From positions 40,674,001-40,738,000 of the forward strand of contig NC_087251.1 of assembly GCF_037042905.1 (NCBI RefSeq): a stretch of 64,000 nucleotides of DNA. The letters run 5' to 3'. Position 1 is the first letter of the stretch, and every line of letters starts with the position of its first letter. Position numbers and translations under genes: made by a program. Positions 1 through 13,179 of this stretch are shown here, piece after piece. The DNA comes from Lytechinus pictus. Its lineage: Eukaryota. A model generated the notes under the pieces. That model made no database searches and was not told the origin of the DNA. It was given only the letters and a program-made list of their open reading frames with translations.

Positions 1-340
1 TTGGTACATTCGGCGCCTCGTACGTGGCTGAACGTGAAAAGATATAATTTGCACAGAATCAACAAATAACAAGTCGTGTTAGCTGAGCCCGACTACATAA
101 TATGTACACATATTACTTAATACAAAACTTGTCGGATGGAGAGGTTTCCTGGTGTGAAATGAAAAAAAAAAAATCATATTCTTGTGATTATTGGACAACA
201 TCACATAAAGTTTCAGCAAGTTATTGAAAATTAATTGTAGATCATGTAGATTATACGGGTGTAAGATTTAAACAATATATTATGATTTCAATATTGTACC
301 CATCTATAGATGGTCATTAGCGTTTTTGGACACGCTGTAT
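1..340. mobile_element. End of a Tc1/mariner-like element entering from upstream
   Basis: Terminus TTTTGGACACGCTG-TA (reverse TA-CAGCGTGTCC); similar end TACAGTGTGTCCC at ~33091. Confidence 0.45.
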
Positions 341-2104
341 TTACGTGGTTCTCCTGTATAAGCGGGGGTGGGGGCTACTGTACGTATAGGGAGAGGTGGG
401 ATGGGGGAGGAGGCTTCATGACAAATGGTCAGTTGAATATTTAAAATTCCAAGCGGGATGATATAGGCCCTCTACCCGAAGAATGCTATTGATGTAAGGA
501 ATTTCATTATTTCATCTTCATATCATTTTCATTTAAGTTATTCTCCCTAAATCAATCAAAATACAAAACATATAACTTATTCTAAATGATTACAATAAAT
601 GTAGACAAAAAAGAAATACAATCATGAGCGTTATACCCCGCATTATACATTCAAAGTGGAGAGACCTAAAGTACAGCAAAAGCATGTTTTGAATTGCCCA
701 TTGACAGATAAGAATTTAACTGCACAATCATTGACAACTGAAAAAAAATAGAGCAGAGCTCGGAGAAAGCATGGAGGTAGAAAGAAACAGTAATGCACAA
801 GGACGAAAATAAAAAGAGTGGTACAAAACAGAAGGACACACAGGTTTCTAGAGGGAGAGGGTGGGAGGGAGGGAGGGAGGAGGGGAGGGAGGGGTGGTGC
901 AAATTAAAGCTGAAAGTAAAAAGAGGAATACCGCATGATGATGGAATCATCAAGGCCCTGTATCACTCATTATAGTAGTTCGATTAGGCATAGAGTTGTA
1001 AGTCTAAAAGCCTAAAAAGTCAATCTTAGATAATTATCAATATAAGCATAGGCTTATGTCACATCATACGGTTAACATTTATGAAGTGAAACATGCTCTT
1101 AAAAAAATATATGAATCTTTTAATCCACAGCCCAAATGAATCTTAATCGTATTAATTCTTGGAATGAAGATATATCTTTCAGATCGACTATTAGTATTGG
1201 ATGTATTCATATGGTATTAAAAAGGATTTCGACATTCTTTTTTCAATACTTTGAATTTTTCTATCCTCATTTTGCCATCCCCATTTACACGATTTACCCC
1301 CTCCTTCTCCTTTCTTCCCCCCCCCCCCGCTCTTCCCCTGTCCCTCACTCTCTCTTTAAACATGCACGGTAAAGAAACATAAAAGCAGTCTTCATCAACC
1401 CACTTACCATAATCGACCGATCCTGAACGTGTCCGTTCATATAAGTCACTCTTTGCTAACACCTTACAATGTTATGCTATCTTTAGATTACCATGACAAC
1501 AACCTTCGTCATACTTTTCAACCTGTAAGATGACGACATTCACATTGTGGTCATGTGCAAGGTTCCGAATTGTTTTATTAGCCATCATGTCTCCTCTGTT
1601 TATATCTTGCTCAATGTCATTTGCTTGATTGGGACAGTCTTTTTTTATCGAAAGAATACAGGTTTAGGGCCTAAAGCCTGTAAGATGAATATACAATGTA
1701 CAGGGGGCACTATATATTTTGATAGGGGCAAGACGACCCAAACAAGACACCATTTGTTTTGTTTTTTTGTGTTTTTATTTATTTCATTATCGAATATAAG
1801 GGGTAGAATACAGTGCGTATAACTAGTTGATACTTGGGCTTAGGTCTTATCAATCAGATTAAAGTATAAATTGTTGACAGAGTTTCACACTTTATTGGAA
1901 AGCTCGCGGAGACCTGTTTCTGTTATTTTCACGTTGCATGTGTAAGGGAAAAGGTGAAAAAAAAACCGAACTTATCTTGCTGTACATTTTTCAATTTATT
2001 TCACATTCCTTTTGGCATGTTTAGTTAATGGAAACGAAAAAAGGAAACATTTCAACCTTTATAATAATAATAATTATATTAATAATGTATTTATGAGGCA
2101 CCGA

Positions 2105-2511
2105 CACTAGCGTACCTACGGGGGGGAGGGGCAGGGGGGAGGGGGCACTCTGCCCCCCCTGACGAGCCACAACCCATACAAAATACATACATATCACTGC
2201 CCCCCTGACGAACTTGAAAGGCCTTTTATGCCCCCCCCTGACGAGCTTGAAGACCTTTATTGCCCCCCCTGACGAGCTTGAAGACCTTTTTTTTTTTTTT
2301 TTTTTTTTTTTTTGCTTGTCAATTTTTTTTCTGGAACAATAACCTTTATTTTTGATTGAAGACCTTTTTTTTTTTTTTTGCTTGTCGATTTTTTTTCTGG
2401 AACAATAACCTTTATTTTTGATTGAAGACCTTTTTTTTTTTTTTTTTTGCTTGTCAATTTCTTTGGCGGCCGATTTTGCCCCCCCTGTGGAAAATCCTAG
2501 GTACGCCACCG
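2105..2511. mobile_element. Non-autonomous DNA element (MITE) with internal tandem repeats
   Basis: Imperfect TIRs CACTAGCGTACCTA / TAGGTACGCCACCG; flanking direct repeat CACCGA (2099-2104, 2512-2517); internal GCCCCCCCTGACGA repeats and poly-T-containing units. Confidence 0.75.
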
Positions 2512-3228
2512 CACCGATAATCTATAGTTGCCAATTCAATGGCGCACTATACAGTTTATAAGCCAGTTCGTAGTTCCACTCTGCGCATGATCAGACGAAG
2601 GTCATTTGCACAAAAATGACATGGTGGTTTAGAATTTAATGAGATAAGCACCAAACACCATCTCGCAAAGTCGTCAAGTCGATGGCACTTTAAAGACTCC
2701 GTATATGTCCTCCCTTGTTGAACTCAGTCACACGATAGAGATCGGTCACAAAACCTACAAAAATATATGGCAATCGATGTAAAGAAAGAATGCACGGAGT
2801 TTATCGGTATAGTAATGAATTGAATTGAATTGAATTTATTTTCATACTTCACAAAATAGCAAAATAATAACATAATACAAGAAATACATTTGATTACATA
2901 CAAAATACAAAATATAACATTATAATGGCAGTAAATAAAGTGAAATATGAAGGAACCTGCATAAAAAGCAGTATGGCTGCTGGGTGTGAGTTAATCAGTC
3001 TACACCTACGAATGATTTCCTGAGGGATAGGTAATCCCACGTACATCTTGAGACCCCATTCTTACAATTGACAGACACACGGGATCCAGATACTCACCAC
3101 CTTCTTCTTCATCAAGATTCTTTCATTACCGAGATACCCTCCCCTTTACTGCATTTCTTCATGTTTCTTCGTAGCGGCTCTGCATCTCACAGACATGCAT
3201 GCTTTAATCTTGCGCTTATTTGTCTCTT

Positions 3229-4185
3229 CTTCAAAATCGGATGTAAAATAGGAAAGTTATGACATTTCAAAGTTTTGCCTAATTTCACAAAACAGTAATA
3301 TGCACAACCTGTCGGTATGCAAATGAGGGAACTGATGACTTCACTCACTCACTATTTCTTTTGTATTTTATTATATGAAATGTGTGAAATATTCTAATTT
3401 TCTCCTCATTGGAAGGTGAAACACGCTTTCTACCTCCATGAACATCGACAATTGCAATTGTTTTAACCTGTTATGGTTTAGTCAAGCTGGTTCATATTGT
3501 AAAACTGTTTAAAAAAAATAGATATCTTAGAATTCAAACAATAAAAATCAAAAGAAATAGTGAGTGATGGACATCATCGACTTTCTCATTTGCATGCTGC
3601 CGAGTTTCTTATTTTACATCCGATTTTGATGAAATTTTCAGCGTTCTTCTTGTTTGATTTTTCTCTATTGATTCAAATCAACATTTTTCTGGGGTGGACT
3701 TGACCTTTAAGTTTCACTTAATTTCACCAAATAGTTATATGCACATTCCGGTCGGTATGCAAATGAGGGAACTGATGACACTCACTCACTATTTCTTTTG
3801 TATTTTATTACATGAAATATTCTTATTTTCTCCTCATTATCCTGTGAAACAAAGTTTAATTTCTCCCTGAACATGTGGAATTACCATTGTTTAACATTAA
3901 TTATGGTTCAGTACAAGTTGATCCCTATTGTCAAATCTATACAAATTGAAATATTGTATAATTCAAACAATAATAAAAAAAAATAGTGAGTGAAGGACAT
4001 CATCAATTCTCTCACTTGCATGTGACTAAATTGTGCATATAACTATTTTGTGAAAAATAAGCGAAACTTTAAAATGTCATATCTTTCTTATTTTACATCC
4101 GATTTTGATGAAATTTTCAGTATCACGCTTGTCTGTTTTTTCTCTATTGATTTAAATCAACAATTTCCTGAGGTGGACTTGACCT
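3229..4185 (+). mobile_element. Two partial copies of TTAA-targeting MITE family A (Kolobok/T2-like)
   Basis: Both end GGTGGACTTGACCT-TTAA (3710, 4189) and share the body of 4331-4921. Confidence 0.85.
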
Positions 4186-4330
4186 TTAAGTAACTTGAAA
4201 TCATATCAAGCTACATAATAGCCTAAGGAAATAAAGATTTATTTTCATGCTCGTGTCCGAGGGGATTATCATGAATATTATTTTATTTAAGAGTTCAAAG
4301 TATTATTTTTTTGCATTTATGTTTTATTAA

Positions 4331-4921
4331 AGGACAAATCCACCCCAACAAAAAGTTGATTTGAATCAAAAGAGAAAAATCAAACTAGCATAACACTGAA
4401 AACTTCATCAAAATCGGATGTAAAATAAGAAAGTTATGACATTTTAAAGTTTCGCTTAATTTCACAAAACAGTTATATGCACACCCTGGCTGGTATGCAA
4501 ATGAGGAGACTATGATGTCATCCACTCACTATTTCTTTTGTATTTCATTATATGAAATATGAAATATTCTAATTTTCTCCTCATTGTCAAGTGATACAAA
4601 GATTAATTCCTCCCTGAACATGTGGAATTAGCATCGTTTAATACTATATGGTTCAGTCAAGTTGGTCCTTACTGTCAAATCTATAAAACATGAAATATTG
4701 TATAATTCAAACAATAAAAAACAAAAGAAATAGTGAGTGATGGACATCATCGACTGACTCACCTAGTTATGCATATCATTGTTTTGTGTAAAATAAGCGA
4801 AACTTTAAAATGTCATAACTTTCTTATTTTACATCCGATTTTAATGAAATTTTCAGCACTATGCTAGTTTGATTTTTCTCTATTTATTCAAGTCAGCATT
4901 TTCCTGGGGTGGACTTGACCT
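4331..4921 (+). mobile_element. Full-length MITE family A (Kolobok/T2-like)
   Basis: TTAA-AGGACAAATCCACCCC...GGGGTGGACTTGACCT-TTAA; long internal inverted arms. Confidence 0.92.
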
Positions 4922-5059
4922 TTAAGAATCAGATCAAATCACAACATTTAGTTATTCAAGGAGATCAAAGAAAACACAAATGATTTATGGATCACTGGAC
5001 ATAAACTTATAAATAAAAATAATGATTTTTTAAAACTATGTATGTTTGCCGTGTCACTC

Positions 5060-5718
5060 TCCACCCCCCCCCCCTTCCTCCTCCCTTGTACCTCTGTTCT
5101 GAGAGAGCGAGCTCTTGTCAGTGAACCATCGAGATGAACTGTGCTCGAGATACATACGCATGCGCAGTGCACTAAGCGGATGAACACATCGAACATGCAA
5201 GTGAACATCTTGCGGCAGCTTCTCCCTATGCGGCGAGCAATATGCGTATAACACTCTTTTCACCTGTTAAAATGTGCATAGTGGGTGACATTGTACTTGA
5301 ACTGCTTGGCACGTTTTGCATCTAACCCCCTGCAGCCCCCCTTTTTCATCAGTTTCTTGGAGAGCCATTGTACCGACCACCCTAATACTATTTACTTTGT
5401 TTTATATTCTGAGTACGACTGTATGACACTCGCGGCGACAGGATGCATGGTGGTATACGGCTAATTAATATATTTATATTTGGATCAAATTGATAGGCAC
5501 AACTCACAAGGAAGGATTGACTGAATATACACACGGACACATCTTGTGTTTTGCCGAAAACGAGCACAGCTTTCTTCCCCGGCTGGCTGGCATCCTGGCA
5601 TTCTTTTCGAGAGCAAATGGCACTTTGGCTGTTGCTGTGAGCATTCTTTGTTGCATTGATGAATTGGCTTTGTTCGTGGAATCTGCACGGCTGCACGTTT
5701 CTATGTGGAATAGTGAGT
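5060..5718 (+). promoter_or_regulatory. Candidate distal promoter and first (mostly non-coding) exon
   Basis: Unique CpG-enriched region; NRF1/P3A2-type palindrome TACGCATGCGCA 5155-5166; ends at consensus donor A|gtgagt (5713), after which composition becomes AT-rich. Confidence 0.4.
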
Positions 5719-6269
5719 AGAGTATTCTCAAATCATTTATATTTCTTTAACTATATAGGATTCAAAGGTTATAAAAGCACAATTATTTTGCAAATGTGTT
5801 CAATTCGCTCATTTATTATCAAGAGCTTATGATGGGTGGAAGAAAAGGTCTACTTCGCTCATTTTCAGACTCAATGATGGATAAAGCTATTCAACTATAA
5901 CTGCTATTTTGATACATAAATCATGATCATCATATAATTCGCACTTCCCTTGTAAGAATACGATCAACTTCAGATTCATCTTCGGTTTGTTTGATCGACC
6001 CTGTAATCGGAATGTTAATACGGTATCTCTTATCTTTCCAATAAAGGCGTATCCAGGGAGCGAATTAAGTCCCCCCCCCCCCGCTGCTTCTATGGCGGCG
6101 CAAAAACTTGAAAGAAAAGAAAATGAAGAAGAAAAAAAGAAAGAGAGGATGAAGAAGACAGAGGAGAAAAAAGATTAAGAAGAAAGTGAAAAAAGAAGAA
6201 AAATGAAAGAAAAGAAAAGGAAGAAGAAGAAGCGAGAAGGAAAGAATTGGCAAATTTATATGATTCTGT

Positions 6270-6516
6270 GGGTCCGTCGTGGTCTATAGTGATTCTGACT
6301 CTCGCCTTTCAAACAGAGGGTCGTGGGTTCGAATCCTAGCCATGGCGTGTTTTCCTTCAGCAAGAAATTTATCCACACTGTGCTGCACTCGACCCAGGTG
6401 AGGTAAATGGGTACCGGCAGGAAGTAATTCCTCAAAAAGCTGTGCGCACCAGAGTCGGTAGACTAGCTTAGCCGGGGTAATATAGGAGCGCCTTGAGCCT
6501 AGCAAGGTGGATACGT
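6270..6516 (+). mobile_element. tRNA-derived SINE (interrupted at 3' end by MITE)
   Basis: A-box TGGTCTATAGTG, B-box GGTTCGAATCC, core TGCTGCACTCGACCCAGGTGAGGTAAATGGGTACC. Confidence 0.88.
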
Positions 6517-7024
6517 CCCGGGGGGGGGGCACTCAGTATATAATGCATAGTGGGTATGTGCCGCGGAGGGGACCCCCATTTTTTACACTCAAATTTCCGT
6601 TCCGAGGCATAGCATTTTTGTCTTATTGAGAAAAAGAACAAAGAAAGCCGCTTCAAAGCATACCATTTTCTTCTTCACGAGAAAACAGAAGAAAAAAAAT
6701 CCGCTCCAGGGCTTCGCATATTTTCCGTTACGCCGTTCCGGTCGCAATTTTGCGGCTGCAGCTCGCTGTCTGACCATCGCCTCTGCGCTAGCGCGCCCGG
6801 CAGTAGTGCCGCAGCCCAGCTGCATGCATGTTCCATAGGGATGCATACGCACTCGCACGCAGGCGACCCGTTCCAAGGGCCCCCGTTTTCACAAACATTT
6901 GTAGTTCCGAAGCCCGTTCCGAGGACCCTCCTTTTTCCAATAAGCCCGCTCCAAGGCCCCCGTTTTTTTGTCTCGCCCGCGGCACACCCCCACCACTTTT
7001 TTGGTCGAGTGCCCCCCCCCCGGG
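6517..7024. mobile_element. MITE with CCCGGG(G)n termini and 8-bp TSD, inserted in a SINE
   Basis: TIR CCCGGGn-CACTC / GAGTG-nCCCGGG; TSD GGATACGT 6509-6516 and 7025-7032; internal CCGTTCC repeats. Confidence 0.9.
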
Positions 7025-9557
7025 GGATACGTGCTCGTATTGTGGTGGTAGGCGTTTCTTCGCACATTCTCTTGTTTTTAGCATGTTTAGGGAGTTGCGC
7101 CTTCTCCTTTTATATTATTTCATGACTAACCAATGGTTTTGTTTAATCTATGTTGAAAAATGATATTTTGTGAAAATGGAAGATATTATGTTTATTTAAT
7201 ATGAATGTGAATAGGTGAATTAATGAATAAATAATGAGATCTGTATTCTTTTTTTACGGTCAGGCATACGAAATGTGCTTAAAATGTCATTTTTTTCTGG
7301 TCAGTCCTTTTATCAACTTAAATTTCATCTCGCGCTTCGCGCTAAAAAAATTAAGTGAGTTACGTATCATATATATGCTAACCATGCTTACAATATAAAT
7401 ATTTTGTTTTAAAGTTCAATACATCAATTTTCTAGGTCAAGTATACAAAAAAGTCACCTCGCGCTCGCATCATATCTTTTGCGAGATATACACTTATTTG
7501 TATAATGACATCATTCAAACCCTCAGCTATCACACCGCGTGGATTTGAATAAAAAGATAAAAGAAAATCAAACAAGCGTAATGCTGACATCTTCATCAAA
7601 TTCTGAGGTAATTAAAGTAAGTTATGAGATTTTAAAGTTTCGTTTATTTTTCACATGACAGTTTTTATTATGCACCGCACTGTGATATGCCCACTCGCTA
7701 TTTACTTCATGCAGTATACAGGAGATATAGTATATCTCTATTTTTTTCAAATTTTGACAAAAACAGGCATCTTTACGAATCAAAATATAGGTTGCAAAAT
7801 GGCAATACCACATATTCGAGATGGAATGAAACCTTGCTTAACATGATATTGATGAAAATACAATACGATGTTTCATATATCATGTTATGCAAAAAGAAAT
7901 AGTTAGTGACGTCATAAATACTCCATTTGCCTGCTCCCCCCCCCCTGGCCTAGATAGGGTTAAAATGATAAACGTATTGTTCCTTGAAAATCGTTCATAA
8001 TTTGATGATGGCGCTATACACAGATAAACTATGGATGGGACTAAAATAAATTTTTGTCATCTGCCATTAATTGGAGCTCATGTTTCCTTCACTGCTGCAA
8101 GCCTGCAACCAGTAGGGGGGGTCCTTGGTTTTCTTGATATGGGCGGGGGAGGTCAAATATTCTTCTAAATTGAATTGCAGTGGTAATATACAGCTACACA
8201 TTAATTGATCAAGATGAATATGATGCATGAAAAGCTTACATATCATACATCCTTCTCTTGGAACAAGGATTTCCAATAGTAACGCTAAACGCGCTGCTGC
8301 CAAGTTGAACATAGGCAAATAAAAAGACAATCGAGCACAATGCGACAAATCAATGAAAATTATGCACGATTAAGTACCAAAAAAGTTCATTGGATTGTAA
8401 ATTTAACCTAAAAGTGACGGAGGGTTTTTTTTTTCAAGCAAGGGCATGATTTTACATGGTATGGAACGGAAATGTTCCCTTCTTCTTAAATCTAGAACGT
8501 GGATCTTTTTTTAATTTTTAATGGTAGAGGAAAGTTTAAAAAGATGTCGAGAATTTTACCATTATGTCATGTAATGTGAAAATGCGCGCAGCTGCATAAT
8601 CTCCGAAAAGGGGCACTTATTATGAATTGATATGTTCCTCTCCCCCCCCCTCTTATTCCATTTCTTGAAGAATCAAAGGGGATGGTCACCCCCCCCCCCC
8701 GTAGCACCGCCCCTGTGATCAGACAATGATGAATGGCGTTTATCCATTGAAAGACTCAAGATGATTCCTTCTCAATTCCATAGCGAGGAGGGAGGGGGAG
8801 GCAACTAGTACGGGGAAGGGTTTTGGAGGATATACGACTTCAAATATACAGAGCTAGCGAATCCGTGTTTAGAAGGAACACTCACTATAGTACCGCTCAT
8901 GATGCTCTATGTATGAGTCTAATATTTTACACCATCCCTATTAAAGTAGTTAAATATTAATGAAGGGGTATATAGAATCAAGAAAAATCAAAATATTGAG
9001 CTAAAGCTCGTAGCAGCTGACAAAAGCAAGCATCATATTTAATAAATTTGGGCAAGGTTTTTAAAGGCATGCATACATATTACTTCAAGGAGGGAAAATG
9101 ATGGGAAAAGACTGAGGTATAGTTGCCTGCGTGTTTTCGTCTCCTTTGACGCAATCATTTCAACATGTTCAAGGGGGCAAAGTTTTTGATTAAGTCCAAT
9201 GTTACGGGAAATAGGAAAGCGAGCGAAGCAAACCAGCCAATCACATGAATAATTTATTTTGTATTAAGGTCTGCACGTGATACGTTAAAACGATTTTTCT
9301 AGTTATGTTTTGTTGTTTTTCATTTTCATTTTTATAGGGGAATGGTGAGCGTGCACTTTTAGAAAGAATGTTATGATTTTTGTTTAGCCAGCTGTAAAGC
9401 AGCTGCCGGGACCCACACCAGTTCAATAGCTTGTGTTCGCTTTTTACTACCTATGCCATGATACAATATCTACCTCTTTTTTTTTTTTTTAACTTTTATT
9501 CGTACTTTAAGAGAATTGCCCCGTTCCTGCCATGCCCTTAATAAAACCATTTAAACC

Positions 9558-10420
9558 ACAGGGGCAGATCCAGCTTTCGCCAATAGGGGGGCCCTACAAA
9601 AAAAATTACCCATATTTTCCCCGAATGGCTGCTCAAAGTTGATTAATGAAGGGGTAAGTCTTAACACTTAACAGTCACTTCTTATCTTTGTTCTTGTAAA
9701 ACAACAATCTCATAAGCCCTATTTAAATAGTGCGAACGCGAAGCGAGTGCTTTTTTTCATGTATTATATCCTGAAAATAGAACGTTCTGCATGGGTAATG
9801 TTTGTGATCCTGAACAAGATGTGTATGTAACTAGATAAATAAGATAATCACTGCGAGCGCGAGTGGAAATTTGTAATATATGATATGGCCTGATCGAAAA
9901 GGGATCTGATAAGGACAGTTTGCTTATAGCCATTAAGATAATACATATTTCAACAATTAAACAATGCGAGCGCGAAGCGCGAGCTGAACACTTTTAACAT
10001 TCCGACTTAGAAAATGGACATTTTAAGCAATTTTGTAATCATGGACGGGAAATAGAACTAAACAATAATGCGAGTAGAAAAAATTGAGATATCAGACCTG
10101 AAAATGGGACACTTTATTCATGTTTTGTAAATCATGAAAAGGGTGGGTAATTGGGTATCTTCCTATATTAATTAATGCGAGCACGAAGCGCGAGCAGAAT
10201 TTTTTTGATATTCTGATCTGAAACTGGATAATTTAAGCACGTTTTAAATAAAGAACAAGCTGCGTATCTCGATAAGCATGCGTGCGCGTGTTTAGAATTA
10301 GACAGAATCTGGGCATTCTGAATCCCTTTTCTGAATACAGTTTTTTATCATGAAAATCATTAATGCGAGCGCGAAGCGCGAGCTGAAAATATTTGGTATT
10401 CAGATTTTTACCATGATTCA
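9558..10420 (+). mobile_element. Repeat element with periodic GCGAGCGCGAAGCGCGAGC motifs
   Basis: Starts CAGGGGCAGATCCAG..GGGGGG; motif at ~9733, 9853, 9965, 10177, 10365; reverse-strand relatives at ~7329, 7458, 24282. Confidence 0.65.
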
Positions 10421-12099
10421 CAATTTCCAATCAGGCAATTCAAGACGGAAACATTATTTTTCCATCACCATGACACGGTATCACATATCTTTTAAACCAT
10501 GTTGTAAGTCCATGTTTACACCGGGCACTTTCTTTAAAAAAATGTTTCACATTGCGGATGGTACTAAAACAGATATCCATTGTAACTTTTTTGGCTATTA
10601 TTGTGTCATATCTGCTATTCCTGTCAAATGGAAATATGTTTGTAAGAAAAAAATCATTACCAAGAGGAACTTGGCATGAACAAGCTAACGAAAGGATGTG
10701 AATTTATTTATAAAATATGTGTTGGGATAACCCCTATTTCACAAAACAAATGGAGGAACATTGTTTCAAAACCGATTGTTACTTGGGACAAAATTCATAT
10801 GATTCCTTTTAAATGTTCTTTATAAAGCACAGATATTTACAATCAAAACATTTATTATCTTATTAAAAAACACCCCAGATGATAATAATATAATAAAGAA
10901 ATGAATGATAGTGAAGTTTGTATCTATTATTTTAGGTCATAAGTTATAAGATAACCAGGTAGCGTGCATATAACCTCTCCCACCAAGAAATAACTCCTTG
11001 AAATTGTCATGAACCATGGTTGTTGATTAAACATCTTTTCCGCGCATTTTCAATCAGGGAGCAGATTATGCCGATTCAAAGCGTAAGGTTTTCCATTGAG
11101 TTGAGTTTGGCGCTAGTTCCTCTGAAATGAATACTCTCTTTCCATCGTCGTCTTCCTCGTCCTCGTCAGTACTGTATAGTCCCCCTCTATGAGTCACTCT
11201 ACCCACTTAAAAAAGAATAGATTACTGCACAAGAGGCATATCCCTTACTTTCAATTTCAAAGTGTGAAACCAGGTACATGTATGTGGTCGAGTAGGTGCA
11301 GAATACCACTCCTCTTTATAATTTGAATATTATGCCTTATGCCTGCGTTTTTTTTGGTGTTTTTTTTTGGGGGGAGGGGGATGTCCCTCCCATGGAGATG
11401 AATATGCAAGACTATAGACGTCCGTCGGTTCGTCCGTCCGTTCACCTACCAATGTAGCCTTGAATCATAACTCTGAAAGCAACTGCATCTTTTTCTGCGC
11501 TATAGATTAGACACCCCACTTTTCCATTTCTCCAGAAAATAAATAGATAAATGAAAATAAAAATGTTATCAATTCAAATTGTTTTACACCGTTTTCAATT
11601 CTCTTTTCCCAAAGGGATATACATCATTTTATTTTGGGGTTGGAGGCCTGGCTCCTGCACAGAAAAACACTTGCACGTGTCGTCATTCTAAGGGACACCA
11701 TTAAATATCCAAGGGGGGGGGGGCTGGAAGCCCCCCCCCCCCCCAATAAAAAAATCAAACTCGACTTGCTATACGGGCAAAAATACTTCGACTAACCATC
11801 AGAGTAAAAAAAAAACTTTGTCCACTGACAAATCATCTGAAAGGGGCCAAAAAAATATGAAACTTGTCTCAATGAAATAAGGAAAACAAAACTTTACTCA
11901 AAGAAGAAAGGATTTTTTTTGCATCAACCCAAACTTCCAGCACCCCTGGGTATCTAATGGTGCGTTGTTTAAACTTTTTTTGAAATTGTTTACAATTTTT
12001 TTAACAACTTTTTTTAACAAAAGTTGTTTTATAGAATGACGGGCTTAAGCAACGTGCTTCGAATATTAAACAGAGTTTTTACGTTGTGGATCCACCACT

Positions 12100-12186
12100 G
12101 TGTGTGTGAGGGTGTGTGTATGTGTGTGTGAGGGTGGGGGCGTGAGAGAGAGAGAGAGAGAGAGGGGGGGGTGTGTGCGCGCGCGC
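12100..12186. repeat. Compound (GT)n/(GA)n microsatellite
   Basis: Direct reading. Confidence 0.85.
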
Positions 12187-12349
12187 CTTGCAACGCTTTA
12201 GATTTTTCTTTTCCAAATGTTATTCTCATTGCCCCAACCTTTAAATAAGATTTCCGAACTTCAACTTAAATTGTTAAAATAATGAATTATGGACTCCTAA
12301 TCTTCTACATTTACTTTTTAAACTAATCACGCTAATCTAAACCCACGCT

Positions 12350-12872
12350 AATCTCAACCCAACACGACAATCCCTCCGTTTCCACTTATTTCTTTTCACT
12401 CTCCATCCATCATTTCCGTACTCCATTCATCACAATAACATAAGACGTTTTCTTTTTTAGGAAATTTTTTCTCGTTCTTGCATTTATATTTATACCTACG
12501 AATCTGTCTTTTTAACTTATATTTTGAGGAATCTACACTCAACAAGCCCTGCTTTTTAGTGGATTCCTCCATTTCCTCAACTTATATTTAAATAGTAAAT
12601 ATGAATAAAAGAAGTTATATGCAAAATGCTTTATCATAAATATTCTACAGTAATTATTATCATGATTATCTAGTTCATTGTAAATATCATTATTAATATG
12701 ATTATCATATTGTTTATTGTCTATTGTAAATATCTATTTATCTATGTCATATTGTCGTACTGTATATATTTGTATATTCATTTATATCTTTGTAATGATT
12801 TCTTTTATTGTTAAATTGACTTGATTTGAAATTAAAATAAACCAACTGAACTGAACAACTGAACTGAACTAA
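12350..12872 (+). mobile_element. LINE 3'UTR/tail fragment related to the 15-17.7 kb element
   Basis: GAGGAATCTACAC..CAAGC..TGCTTTTTAGTGGATTCCTC hairpin shared with ~17570-17612; AATAAA followed by (ACTGA)n tail. Confidence 0.6.
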
Positions 12873-13084
12873 ACAAGTAAAACTCCACGAAAGGTAGCTG
12901 CTTTCGCCATTTCTTTGCTGAATAATTGGTTCAGTTTATTTCAACCTGACATTGTAATGATACAACTTTTATAATGTGACTTAATGTCATCTATTTCACG
13001 ATATAATTTTAAGAGCATTTACAATAGTTTATTTTTGGATATTGCATTCAGATGCATTTGTACATTGATTATCTTCCTATGCAG

Positions 13085-13179
13085 ACTGATGATATATAAA
13101 AGTTAACGAGATCAAAAGACGACTGAAAGCAGAAGAGATGACAGTGTTCTCACAGGATTCCGGCTGGTCACCAGTCCCC
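13085..13179 (+). other. Candidate upstream exon (95 nt), possibly encoding MTVFSQDSGWSPVP
   Basis: Acceptor ttatcttcctatgcag| at 13084, donor |gtgagt at 13180; ATG 13138 preceded by in-frame TGA (13090); ends in phase 0. Confidence 0.4.

Noticed and set aside
2150..2290. CTGACGA repeats as hammerhead cores
   Set aside because: No stem II/GAAA/stem III arrangement; they are MITE subterminal repeats
2021..2509. Lys-rich 162-aa ORF
   Set aside because: Translation of poly-T tandem repeats inside a MITE
6589..7163. Cluster of overlapping ORFs
   Set aside because: GC-rich MITE interior with few stops; no domains
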